DNA from: Phoronis australis
Taxonomy: Eukaryota > Animalia > Phoronida
Length of the DNA: 64,000 bases
Reading direction: 5' to 3'
NCBI GenBank assembly: GCA_002633005.1
Contig: NMRA01000121.1
Location: 408,434-472,433, forward strand
Shown piece after piece: positions 49,334-62,323 of the stretch (within the stretch, counting starts at the first letter, position 1; every line of letters begins with the position of its first letter). The position numbers were made by a program, and so were the translations under genes. The notes below the pieces were generated by a model. That model ran no database searches, was not told where the DNA came from, and was given only the letters and a program-made list of their open reading frames with translations.

Positions 49334-52300
49334 CTGAAAAACAGAGAAGGCTTGTATGTAGATGACCTCTCACCTATACGCCTGAAATCACGATAGACCA
49401 TCCTATTGTTAGAACTAACATCCTTATGAAGTAACCACTGATGTTGTCTTTTTAGTGGGAATATTTTCATTTTGAAGGCCGACATGAGTTGGACTTTTTA
49501 CCTTGCGAATTCAAAGTCGAGAAGGGTCGTCTACTGTTCTCGATAAATGTCAGCATTTGATTTAGTCTCTATTTAAGGGGCGGATAAGATTGATATCGGA
49601 GTCGATGTGAAGTTGATCTTTATACCAGACTATCTCAAAATCGAAAAATACCGTACACAGTATGGAAGGAATGTACAATATAATATTTGACATGCTTTAG
49701 CAATTAGGTGTCGCTTCGTTCTGACAGTCGGTGTGACCTGGAAAGCACTACCACTGTCTCAACTGGCCGCAGTGGAGACGGACCTCCAAACGAAGGAAGC
49801 TGTTTGGCGAATTATACATCACAGTGATAAAACCATCATACGTCACATTCCCTGGTGCGAGCAGAGTAAAAATGGCTAGTTGCCAATTTGGGGAACTGAA
49901 CGATGGACTATTAAAAATTTGATTGCGGGAATATTTGTTTGAGCTGTGAAGCGTCAAAGACATCAACAGCCTCCTAAGGCGTCCCTCTATGCACAAAAGG
50001 TACTTATAGCAACGTGACTTTGATGGTTTATTCAGTATGAAGCATAATTCACCGAAAAGGTTTCGGCATATGGAGGACCTATGGGATGGCCACCGGTCTC
50101 TACTGTGGCCAGTTGAGACGGTAGCACTGTTAACGGTGTGACCGTGATTTATGATCTGCACTCTCGACCTCATATTCACTGATATCACTGATCGTGTCAT
50201 CCATATCCCATCATAATGCAAGTTCCGCATTTTAACAATTCAACATAAGCCCTTCGTTTGTTTAATCAACGGACTCTCCGACTGACCGGCCAACCGGACG
50301 TAATATCTATCCTCATCAAGATGTTCCTCAAACCTTGGTTAACAACTGTATCCTACCGCATGAGAGCCGCAATATTCAGGACTGATACATTCAAGAGAAC
50401 ATCGAGTTCCACACGTCATGCTTCCACTGTACTCTTGCCAATGTTGTTGTTTCTGCAGGGTAGGATTTGTACAACTGATGGACAAATGATTGACATGCTT
50501 ATCATAAAGACACATACCTCATCAACACCATCGTGCCACGCCCCTCCGTTGGCAAATATTAGTTTGCCATGGCGACCAGGCATTTCTTTCAGCGCCATAA
50601 TTTCACTGTGGCCTACGACAACAACGTCTTCTGCGCATGTATTCAGAAAGTCGGAATAATCTCCAGTGGCGTGCTTGATCATGTCAAACACGCGGTCTTC
50701 ACCAAACTGAAATACAACATAGAGACGTTGACAAACGTTAATACTGTGTAGCCGTTAAAAGAAATTTTCCAGTTGTCTTTGAAGGTTTAATGTCCAAACA
50801 CCTTGATTTGAATCGGAACCCTTACGACTACAAGAATCGTTACCGGTTAGTTTTTTTGTCCGAAACCGAGCATTTCAGTTTTTCACCGCAGAAAACGACG
50901 TGTATGGTTTCATTTGGGACATGGTAACGTTGCTACTTGATCACAGATACGGCCGATGGAGGAAAGCGATTTGATATCAAAACACAGGAAGTGGGTTCCG
51001 TTAGTTCCTTGCCCTGTTCAAATACTGCAGATTTTTTATCAAGCATTGCGCAACCTGACGAAAAGAGAGAATTTGCACGATGGACAGTTGTCCACTCTAG
51101 CCCCAAAGACGGCACGCTGCATCTTTTTTAGCCACGACCGATACTTGTTTCACCTGGGCGAAGTACAGTAGTCTAATCAATGTTTTAGATACTACTCACA
51201 AAACGTGTTGCAGCTCATTTCATTTGTAGAAATTGTTTACGTAAGGGGAGACAGTGCCAGTCTAAGACACTTACTTATGGGCAGCGCAGCACTGAAATAA
51301 GTGGGGGCTATAGTCCCCCCCAGCCCCATGGTGCGCTGCCCATGTTACTTTAAGGCACAAAGAAGCGTACTTAAGTGAAACAAATTTTCGAACATTGTAC
51401 TCTAGTAATTTACTTGTAAAACAAGGAAAAGTTTTGTCAAGTAAATATGCTCGCAACTGAAATCATTTGAAGACTCGGTGTCAGCGGTCAGTATGGTGAT
51501 GATCTTTACACTAAAACAATATACGAGTCAACCCGTAGAAATCACGGTTGATCATTGAGTGCAGTAGTTTTCGAAATACACTGGACAACGTCAGAATTGA
51601 CAAAATTTCGGCGCACGAAATCACGACGTGGTTTCCATTTATTTTCGACTAGAATACGTTTCAATACTGACTAAATCGCGACTACTTCCTGCTTAAGTCC
51701 ATTACATAAATAAATAATTACAAACCTCGGCAAACGTTCGACGAAAAAAACGCTATTTCAATACAACAAACGTTCGACTAAACCGATTAACAATTCTTTA
51801 GTATTCTGTCAAAGTTTGTCTCGTTTATTTTGAAATTTTGAAACTACGTTGCAATGATCAAATACATGTAATCGACAAATTCACTCACCTTGTCCACCAT
51901 TCGAGAAACTAGTTTGTACTTGAGCAAGTTTTTGAATGTTACGTAATCTCCATTGCCATTCATTAAGAACTTTTGATCAGGATGTATATCTTTCCCAAAC
52001 ACAACTGCAAAAAAAGAATTGAACGTGCTTGTTGTTGAAAATTATTCCAAAGGCCTATCAGGCCTATCACGTAACGTAAGCCGTTTTATTTGTAATCGCG
52101 AATCCTCTTGATACACACACAGTCCTAAAATCGGTGCACGTGCCGCTAATTGGGAGCAATATTTGGAGATACAAGTTACACAAGAGAACACTATTTAACA
52201 AAAACTAATATCGAGTTGGTCGTTGAAAACACCACGGTGGCCTTTTATGACTTTTACGAATACAATGGTATTATCAAAGTAAGAAACCTTCAAGATGTAT

Positions 52301-55300
52301 TTGCATGCTCCTAACTATGCTAATGTATAGGATCTAAAAGACAATGCTATTTTAACATGATCTACTTTAAACAAAATGCAGTTGTATTCAAATGGCAACT
52401 TGTAAATGTGAAAAAAAACCCTGCAAATAGGTGACCTTTACACTAATGGCGTACCCTGGGGGCTCACATCATGCAGTGTTATTCCCCAACACCTCGTCAC
52501 GATACTTACTCGATAAGGTTGAGTCATTTACGGCGGATCATTTTCGACACAAAACTCTTTCTTAAAAACCATTTGGCTATTTTCAACCTACTTCATATTC
52601 ACATCATCGCTATATGTTGTGTTTCTTACTAATTTGAGCAAGCAATCACAAAGATAAGGAATAAGCGTGCAGGTTACACTGTTCGCGAAGTTCCATCCTG
52701 CACCTTATTGTTTGGAAGACACTTTCAGTGACAGACAATTCTTAGGAAGAATGATAACATGATCACTTGTCTTTGAATCAGATATCATACATGTGTAATA
52801 GTGCTCCAGTCGCCTATGTGAAGATTTTCGCTATTCTGTCATATTACTTGTGAACTAATATCCCGAGTTATTTTACCATACCTTCCCACATGTTCCCTTC
52901 CTGTTTTGTTACATTTTTAACATATTTCCATCCCACATTATTCTACCTTACCTTTCGGTATGTTGCCTTACTGCGTTATTCTACATTACCGTCCAACGTA
53001 TTTGCTTCGCGCGTTATTCTACGTCAACTTCAACATATTTCCTCCACACGATATTCTACTCTACCTTCCAACATATTTCCATTTCCGCATTACTCTGCAC
53101 TACCTTCCAACATGTTTCCGTCCTGCCGTGTTCTACATTACCTTTTTCACACATTTCCTTCCCGCGTTATTCTACACTACCTTCCAACACATTACCTTCC
53201 AGTATTATTCTACATCACCTTCCAATATATTTTCTTCCAGGGTTATTCTACATTACAATGTACCTTCCGACAATTTTCCTTCCCGCCTTATTCTACATTA
53301 CCTTCCAGCATCTTACATTCCAGCGTTACTCTCTGATTCTAAACTACCTTCCAATACCTTTCCCTCCCACGTTATTCTTAATTACCTTCCATCATCTTTT
53401 CTGTCAGCAGACGTTGCATATAGTCGGTGCTGAGCAGTTTGACAACTAAACTTCCGAAGACATCGAAGCCGCACTTCTCCAGAATACGGGCCGCCCCCGA
53501 GAGGGCGCTGGGAGTTTCATACTCAACACTTGCCGCCACTCTTCCCACGTAGTAACCAAGGCACATATCACCTATTAAGGGACATTTAATTCATTATAGC
53601 AATTATTACACCCCTATGAACAAACTATGAACATCTACATTCTCATGAAAAATATACATGTGTTGTTCCATGTAAATATGGATTCGTTTAGCACTCAAAT
53701 TTTTCTAAAGTCGTTTCTGTGACATTTGTTTCACGATTGTGTTATGAAATTTTGTAGCACATAACACTGGCAGAACTGGATTTTTCGCAAAACAATGCAA
53801 ATGCTCTGACGGAGCAAAATCTACTGAAGAGAGGTGTATGGCGACGAAGGCAGTAACACCGACGAAGACGCAGATAGACCTACGTACCACTAAAACTGCA
53901 TTGTTCGAGTATTTTGGACAACATGTTTCAGATTCTTCTGAAATTTCTAGATTTTACTGAAATTTGTAGATTTTTGCATAGAGACCAAACACCGAAAATT
54001 TTCTAATTAGAATGTTACGTCATTGAAACTGTGTTTAGTTGGCACTTTTCCCAAATATTTACCTTTGAAGCAGTTTAATACATGCTGTGATTTGACACCA
54101 ATTTTCAGACATTTCTAAGGTGTTTAGTTAGTGAACTTCGCTTACACTGGTGAAAAGACTAGGTTAAATAGAACGGTTCCTTATTGAAGTCACACAATTA
54201 CGTAAATACAAGGTGTAATGGATAAACAACAAACTTAGACGCGTTCCTTGCTTCAAAAGTTGTCCTCGTTTCTTAAACCAAAAGCACGACTGCAAAAAAG
54301 TGCTCATGCAACTTCACTGGACAATTTTTTAGATCCAAGGACACGTCTTTAATCATTCCATAAAAGTTTGGAATAATTGTTCATTGAACGCGTCTATAAG
54401 CACACTCTACAGTACTGGCTGTTAGAAAACCTCGAAAGACGCCGAAGGCTCGTCATGCTGCAAGTCGCCCAACAAGTGCTCAAGAAAACAACGCGCTCCT
54501 CAACTTCGAATGAACATTTGACTGTCCCTTTAGCTTTTCGATAAGACACTGCTGGTCGTCGGAATAACACGGCAAAACAGATGTCCCATTCCTTTTCAGG
54601 AGCTATTCTTTTTACAGGTCGGAACATGCAGCCTCTCGCGCTTTGTCATTTTGACAACAGTGCATATTTAACCGGAGATAGTCGAAATCGAACACCGTAA
54701 ACAATCCACCAATCACAAAAGTCGTTGCTTTTAGTATAAGCCGGCGACGATCAATATCGATAGAAGAGGTCGTGCGATTACTCGACGATCATGTTACGTT
54801 TAGAATGAATAGGATCGTAACTCATCCTTCGCAACTTAACGAGACCTATTCACATACCATATTTCTGACGGATTCGTCAAATAACGCTGGATGTACGACA
54901 CGAGAAATCACAGTGCGTAACAGAGCAGCCACCGGAAAATCGTGGAATAAATCGAGAACGACAGGTCGTAGCGAAAAACAAATGACAAATTCTGTATAAT
55001 CCTTGGCGAGATATATCTACATGCTAAGTTTGAGAAGATTCCCTTGATCAAAGCCGTCGCCTCACAGACATAGAGCTCCTCGACGCAAAAAAGCTCGCTT
55101 CAGCGTCATGCACGTCAACAATATATTTGACCGTACAATTGGAGGTTCGCTAAACTATCTAAGCTGTAGTAAGGTAACACTCCATTGGCCTGATAAACTT
55201 ACCGGGCAGAAGTCCACCTGGCTGGTCACTTAGGGCGAACGAGTTGAAAAGGTCCCAGTCATGACCGTGCTCAAAGCGAACTCTGTAGATCTCATCTTCT

Positions 55301-58300
55301 GCAAATTGAATAATACCATTCTCCCGGTTCATTGTCATTCAAAGCATAGAACGCTAGCAATGGAGTGCCAACTCCTGCACGTGACCTATGTATTCTATAA
55401 GAGCTTTCGAGAGTTAAAATTGTGAATTTCCGGCTGTCCGCTCGACTGAGTTGCATATTTATCAAATCAAGCGTAATTTCATTATTTCACTTTATTTTTG
55501 TACATCAGGTTCAGCTACGGTTCAAGACAACCAGCGATTTCTTCACAAAATAGGTCAACAAACCCGACAATTTCACTGGTCATTCTTTATTCTCATCGAC
55601 CCGTGGCCCTGTATGGACGGAAACCAGGAATAGTCTGACCTCTGATATCTTTTCATCTTCAATTTTACAACTACTTTCGACAACCTATCACACTACACGC
55701 TAGGAGTTTTTTAATAGGACATTTTTTGGTGTTAAATTATGTTACCGTACTTTACGAAAAGAAGTGACATTTGGTTTCTGAGTGTTTGTTCTGCAAAAGA
55801 ATTATAAATGAAAGGTTTAGCCCCTACTAACAGCACCACTCTCTTTACGTGACTCTCGAAAACCTACTCGTATATGCGTATCTAAGTGTGTGATTGTGTT
55901 TGCTTAGTTATCACTGGTTTCTGATTGTTTCTATAATCATTCATTTGTGCAATTATTACCTGTTTTTCAATTACTTTTTTAATTCGATTTTCAGCGGTGA
56001 ATGTTATTTGTAATATTTACATACAACCGTGAAATAAAATTTAAAAAATAAAAATTTTATCTTTTAAAAAATCCTATCCAGTACTTTGTGTTGCAGACAG
56101 CCTACATTGTACTTGCCAATTGTCACGAACTTAGCGGTCTATCCAATTCTTGATTTTTTCCCGTCATCCCGCCACACCTTGAAAATGTCCCTCTTTTTGA
56201 CAAATGGCGACATTGACATACTATCATATACTACAGTCCTGTAATTTCCAGAGCTACATAGCACTATTTTCCCGTTCGACTAAAAAGAAAAACGGGACGT
56301 TTCATTGGTTTTTGAGGCACCCGCAAGTGCGCATTCGACTTACAAAAAACAAAAAACGCAGGCGGGCGCTTTTGTGTGTAAAGTCTCTCGTTCGACAAAA
56401 AACGCTCTTTTGGAGTGTTGCGGCGAACATTTCACCTTTCCGTTTTGGCATAGACCCAGAGGCCCTTTTTATCTAGAAGTCCCCGGCCGCTTTTCAATCC
56501 AGTTGTCCCATTTTTTCATTCTCCAATGTTGATAACTACGGAACAGGTGCTCATCTGTCTTTTTCATGAATACTGTTATTTTCCAGACTCCATTTCTATA
56601 GTAACATAACAATCGTAAAAATGTGGTCCAATGTCTCTTGTTGACGGTAACACGCTCCATGTATCAGGGTCTCTAATTTTTACTTTTTGAAGAAATGAGT
56701 TTATTTACAAACTATTTTGGAAAGTTCTACAACGCAACCTACAATGATCTACTCACAATACATTTCAAACCTACACAATAAATTTGTGGTCTTTTTATCA
56801 ATCAGAGCCTTTATCTGCGATAGGAGGAATTAGTTTATCGCATTTTTGTAAATGGCACTGTATCCTGTCTTTGTACTCAAGCGTCACCAAAGGTCCAATC
56901 AGTATATAAAGATGTATAAATAATTTTGGATTCTTCACAGCACCTGTGAGGGTCTCATATTCTAAAAATCTTTGTCTTGATAGAGTAGAAACCTTTTGAA
57001 TCATCAAAAAATTGTTTGCCTTCTGGTTTAATTAGTCATTTATATAACCTCTCTGGTTCATTTCCTTTTTATGTTACCATTACACCCTGTTTTTTATGGT
57101 AACACTCTTGGTTTGTAGAATGAAGAAAAGGAATAAAGGTTATTTATGAACTTTTCATTTTTGCTTCTGCTATAATCATACACCATCAATAACTTATGAA
57201 ATGCTTTCTAATGATATGTCTCTTATGTAATTCGGTTGAAAAACGGCCGCGAAGTTGCGAAAAGTTTTAGTGACAGTAAGTTCCAACACCAGAACTAACG
57301 AATGCAAACTAATTCCACACATGAGCGGCGCAACTAGTTCAGCAGCGCAAGATCGAAGTTGGCATTCCACTGGCAGGGTTAGAGTTCAATAATTCAAAGC
57401 AATTCTCACAATACGTGCTTGGCCTACTGTGCTAGTTCCTGTGAAAAAGTTTAGGAATGTCAGAGGGTGTCTATGTACAATAGTTTTCAAAATAAGTTGG
57501 GCAGCTTCCACAGAACTCTGTCAGACTCCGTCAAATTATATGACAAACTTCTTGACAGAATATTTGTCAGTTTAATCGCAATACTGAAATTAACGTCTTT
57601 GCCGAAATTTAGTCGAGTTAAATGTGCCGTTATTGCGCCTAATCGCTTATCGTTTATTTTGTAAATGGACTTTCACAGAAAGCTGTCGCAATCTCGACAA
57701 AGTGTTTGGATCGAGACCTGTCGAGATTGTGTAGAGATTTAGTCAGAATTAAAACTAGTGAATCTACTCGAAAAGAAATGGACATTTAGTCACGGTTTTG
57801 AGCGTCGAAACTTTTATTGAATTTCGACGTTGTTCAGTTCATTTTGAAAACTGTTTTAGGTAGTTGATACTCTATATTACGTACTGGCACTGTTAAACAA
57901 AACTTCATATGCTACAATCACAAGTGGATCACGCTCCGTTACCGTAGTCTTTCATTTGAAAACTGAGGACTTAAAACTCCCCACAAGTCAGACGACGTTT
58001 TTGTCTTTGCGGAGGTTGTACAACTCAGTGCAGTCTTACCTTCTTCAATTTCCATCACGAGAATCCCTGGTATGAATTCAACTTTATCACCAAGAACGTC
58101 GCGACAGGCTTCCTTTGTGAAACTGTGGTCCTGGTTTCCACGAATAAAATAAACCTTCACATCGTGGTTATTTGCCAAATTTCTCAAAGCGGCAAATACT
58201 TCAGGGGCGCCCTCTATTTCACCAGACAAAAGTCGCTCAACTAGTTGCGATACTGGAAATATAAAAATAAATTGACTTGCTTGCGTTCGTTATACAAAGT

Positions 58301-61300
58301 CGTAGATTATTTTATGTGAATAAAAGTTTCCAACATTGCGTGTGTAACGCATAAATCTGAAGATTCCACTTGTGTACAAGTTGAAATGTTAAACCCTTCA
58401 CAGCATGGTCATAAATGCTTGGTTACCAACAATTTTGGTTTGATATTATAACTATTTCTTCTTCAATTTGTATTGTTGTAATCAAGAAATAAACGCATAA
58501 TTAAAAAATTGTGTGACGTCATCAGTGGATCCGGTCTCCACCATTGCGTTGTTCTACACCAACCCTGAGCAGCAGTGGTTTCGAAAACTGAGTTCGACTG
58601 AGTATTATGAAAAGTTGCATGTGTAATGGCAATCAGACAGACAATCTTTCAGTTTTTGCGTTTCAAAAAGACCCTACGATCGCCCAGAAATGGCACAGGT
58701 TCGTACGTCGGACACGGGTGTGGCAGTAGAGGTGGAGCAACCGTTAATCCCATTTCGAAGAATCGTGCTTCGATCTCTGACAGAAACGAAGATTTGACGC
58801 AGGTTTCTCCAACGTGTAAGTGCACTTGATGGGGAAAACATGGGCGGCGCACCACAGGGGACTGGGGGGGGGGGNGGGGGGCGATGGAAGAACTACTGGA
58901 AAGTATTTCTGGTTGGAAGAAGAGGCTTCCTTTAGTCATGGAGGAAGCTGGGGGCCACATTGAGCATAGACTGCAATAAGCGAAGATCCCTGTGATATTT
59001 TATTTTTTGACCCGATGTTTTTCAATGTAACTGGAGTCGAACAATTGGACACAGATATCTCTGATATTTTGTACATTTGTTGATGATATCCTAAGGTTTA
59101 TCTGTGAGAAATTTAAAAAAAACAATTGGTTTATCTGTTGCAGAGAAATTATTTGTAGCTTGTGGCTCACTGTTTTGGTACACCTGATAAACTGTCAACT
59201 GATCAACGTCTTCCACTGATAGCATAGTGTGGCGGGAAACCCAAAAATCATTATTTTTTTCTTTAGAATTCAAAATTCCACAATTATTTTTCAAAATGAC
59301 TACTGTCCTTAACAACGCGATTCTCCTTCGTAATTAGCTCTTTTGAGAACATAAAAACGATTTTAATTCCAAATTTTTCTCCCTTCAGATTTAAATCTAT
59401 TGGTACATATTCAGGGTGTTTCATCGAAAATGAAATCCAGGTGTAAAACAAATATCCTGAGTCGAAAACAGAACCCCACACCTTCAAAACAGCAGACCGG
59501 TACATAAAACACTAACCGCGACGTTTAAAACACGGATCCCAATGTTTAAAACACGAACCTCGACCTAAAAACAAAAACCCCGGGGATCGGACAGGAAACC
59601 CCGACAATTTTTCAAATTTTCTGAGACGATGTCAGTAGCCTCAAACAAAGCATCTGCAAGTACTTTCCAGTTGTTTTCTGCATTTGTTTGTTAGCAATAA
59701 TAAAATTTATATTATATTGACTCTGTTATTTGATTTTACCACTTAAAATCATGCAATTTGTATGTTGGCGAATTTCAACATATACTCTCAATTCGTTTGT
59801 TATCTCGGTAAATATTAAGTTAATTTCAGATTATTCAATAGTTTCTCCAAAAATAATTTCCAATTGAAAGAAAAAAATATCATTTCGACTTTCGAGTAAC
59901 ATTGCTGATTAATTCCTTTAAATATCTTTACAATTGGGAGAATTTTAGGGTTTGCCGATTTACTTATCAAGAGTACGTTATTTCCGGCACAACAAGACCC
60001 GTGCCCAAGTGTTGTCCAATAATCAGATGCTGACAGGCAACGTCAGCCCTGGAGTTCTGCGCCTTCTGCTGTCACGGGGATGGTCTGGGGAGGGGATTAA
60101 CGCACCAGCATATCCCCAATGATCCTGTCCGTGACAGGTATTACAGATATTACAGGTATATTTCCGGCACAATCAATTTCCTTATAGAAATAGACCGCGA
60201 GAATTATTCACTCATAAGACCTACACCGTCACCAATTTCACAGTTCTTGCCCTCAAAAAATTTACTTCAACTCCTCATCGGATTCGGAATTTCTGAACTC
60301 AACGCATTCACACCCTTTTTGTCGGATCACCGGTGCAAAGTTTATTCTGAAATTCTGTTTGCTGGTATTGAAATACTAAAACTTGTAACGAAATGAAACC
60401 AGTTTCGTGGCATGTACGCAACCTCGTGGAAGAAGAACAGTTGTTTGAATAATTGGGAAAAGGGAAACTAGTAAATGGTGAGGCAGTATTTCATGGCGCC
60501 GAAAGCCTATGCAAAAGATCGTACCATAAGTTTAACAGCTGAAGTAGAACTCCAATCGGTCTTAAGTTGTCTATTAACACAACACATCCCAACAACTTTT
60601 TAAATTAGCAAGATTTATTTTTCATCAAAATGTGAAATTGATACATGTCATATGAACACAAAGCACTTTAAAGGTAGTAAGTACCATTTTCTTGAGTTAA
60701 ACAATTATTGACAGAAAGTGCGGGAGTGGTGTTTCGGTCTCCGGGTGTCCTGTCCAATTCCCAGGTTCCTTTTTTAAAGCTAGAGGTTGGTGTTTTTTGG
60801 GCTGGTTAGCTGTTTTGAAGATACGGGATATTTGTGTTACACCGGAGTTCCAATTTCGATGGAACACCTTAATATTATTTTAGAGAGTATTGAACCGAAA
60901 ATAAACACGTTTTGGTGAGCTGTATTTGTTTCTCTTACCTGTAAGTGGCGCCTCATTCACGGAGTAGTACCACATTTCTATGATGTCGCCCAATAACACG
61001 AGGCTGTGAACTTCGAATGAAGCAGCTGTCAGCTTCTCAAGGAACGAAAGAAGACGAGCCGGGACCCCTTTTCCAAAGTAAGCGCCGATATGAGTGTCGC
61101 TGATAGAGTAGATGTCTCTTTTCATAGAGTTTTCCATCCTTACTCGTTTAAAATGAACCTCCTCTGCCGCCGAGGGCTGGGGAGGAGTGTACCTATTTAA
61201 AACACACACACGCGTCAACGTTCATTGGTAGTGTATTTCTGCACCAGATATGCCAACCATAGACAAGTAACATCCTAATTACCAATAGCTATTTACATCC

Positions 61301-62323
61301 GAATCTTGGCTAACCATTTCAGTCAGGTTCTTCACGTTTTGTTCCTACTAGCATGTTATTTTTAGGTGGTTTTGCTTTCGAACATTCACGACTAATTTCT
61401 CAATTTCCCAAAACGACCACGCACGCNNNNNNNNNNNNNNNNNNNNNNNNNNNNNNNNNNNNNNNNNNNNNNNNNNNNNNNNNNNNNNNNNNNNATTTGT
61501 TCAATTGCCCAGAGCTATAATAGGCTGTAAACTTTGGGTTTCGAATCAGTAGAAAGCACCTACAACTGATCAACACTTATACCAATGTATTCTGTTTAGA
61601 CTGAAACTACTACTGCAACATAGTATGTTTTCATCGACCTGTCTCACTATTCATTTACGCACTTGTCAACGTTTGCATAATGCAGGCGTTTTTTCCAAAC
61701 CACCATGTCCTCATTGGGAATTTCGTTGTTCAGCAAAATTGAAGCAATTTTCTGGGCTGTCGTTAGTTCTTCGCCGTCAACGTCATCGTCACTGGTTGCT
61801 TGATCGTCGACGCGAACGTGAAAGTCAGGATGATCAAATAACTCGTTTGTTGTTGCATCAGTAGTGATGACGTTCGCAGTCTTGTCTGTAAGTTAGAGAT
61901 GATTATTTGCCTTTGAAATAACAGAGGAAATAACTAGAACCCAATTATACGCTAACAATGCGTTGACTTCGAAGTCGCCCGAGTTGTCGTCCCGCACTTC
62001 CAAACATACATGGTCAGCCCCGGAGCAAAAATGTTTATTAAGTAAACCGTTGGCAGTGTGATGCCAAATAATTAATTCGAAAACTCACCGCTAGCTGCTG
62101 ACGCCTTTTCTCCCAACCCCCTTTTCACAGTTGCATACGCCTGCTTGTAAACGCGAACGTCTGCGTGCGCGTATTTGTCGAGGAAGGACACTATGATTGG
62201 GTAGATGTCCTTGTTGGCGTTCTTTCCAATAATAGAGTCCAAGTGTCCATATCCTTCGAGCAAACGGAATTCAAACCGATCTTTGTTCTCCGGATGTGCT
62301 GCTTGCACGAGATTGTGCATGAC
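49229..62323 (-). CDS. 5'-partial multidomain protein: alpha/beta-hydrolase C-terminus + acidic linker + LpxH/YbbF-like metallophosphoesterase; at least 9 exons, at least 538 aa
   Basis: Exons (minus): 62323-62089, 61885-61663, 61192-60939, 58252-58040, 55298-55203, 53571-53386, 52004-51889, 50706-50518, 49333-49229; phases all compatible. Motifs: GYGHLDSIIGKNANKDIYP, ISDTHIG, LLGDIIEMW, IRGNQDH, EHGHDWD, VVGHSE, FANGGAW. Confidence 0.82.
50518..50706 (-). CDS. Fusion gene exon: motif V and NxGxW
   Basis: DVVVVGHSE...LIFANGGAWHD. Confidence 0.85.
51889..52004 (-). CDS. Fusion gene exon
   Basis: VFGKDIHPDQKFLMNGNGDYVTFKNLLKYKLVSRMVDK; CAG and GTGAGT boundaries. Confidence 0.75.
52865..53400. 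repeat. ~38 bp degenerate minisatellite (~14 units)
   Basis: Consensus approximately GTTATTCTACATTACCTTCCAACATATTTCCTTCCCGC. Confidence 0.9.
53386..53571 (-). CDS. Fusion gene exon: helical insertion (lid-like)
   Basis: DMCLGYYVGRVAA...LLTEKMME; phase 1-1. Confidence 0.8.
55203..55298 (-). CDS. Fusion gene exon: metallophosphoesterase motif IV
   Basis: Manual translation DEIYRVRFEHGHDWDLFNSF; not in the ORF track. Confidence 0.85.
58040..58252 (-). CDS. Fusion gene exon: metallophosphoesterase motif III
   Basis: VKVYFIRGNQDH. Confidence 0.88.
59407..60875. mobile_element. Old DNA-transposon-like element or inverted pair with degenerate long terminal inverted repeats
   Basis: 59407-59605 matches the reverse complement of 60728-60875 (GGTGTTTCATCGAAA...ACAAATATCC...CTTCAAAACAGC...GGACAGGA). 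Confidence 0.55.
60939..61192 (-). CDS. Fusion gene exon: metallophosphoesterase motifs I-II
   Basis: ISDTHIG and LVLLGDIIEMW. Confidence 0.88.
61427..61494. other. Assembly gap (N run) inside an intron of the fusion gene
   Basis: 68 Ns. Confidence 0.99.
61663..61885 (-). CDS. Fusion gene exon: acidic linker
   Basis: Manual translation DKTANVITTD...DDQATSDDDVDGEEL...LHYANVD; phase 1 to 2 bridges the flanking exons. Confidence 0.7.
62089..62323 (-). CDS. Fusion gene exon: alpha/beta-hydrolase catalytic His region
   Basis: RLLEGYGHLDSIIGKNANKDIYPIIVSFL; GTGAGT donor. Confidence 0.85.

Noticed and set aside
50339-50452. Alternative terminal exon for the phosphoesterase gene, and ORF 49748-50230
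   Set aside because: The translation lacks the expected beta-strand pattern; 49333-49229 has a stronger acceptor and a better-fitting sequence.
56700-57240. Possible 3' remnant of a LINE on the minus strand
   Set aside because: Only vague resemblance, with no diagnostic motif I can support.
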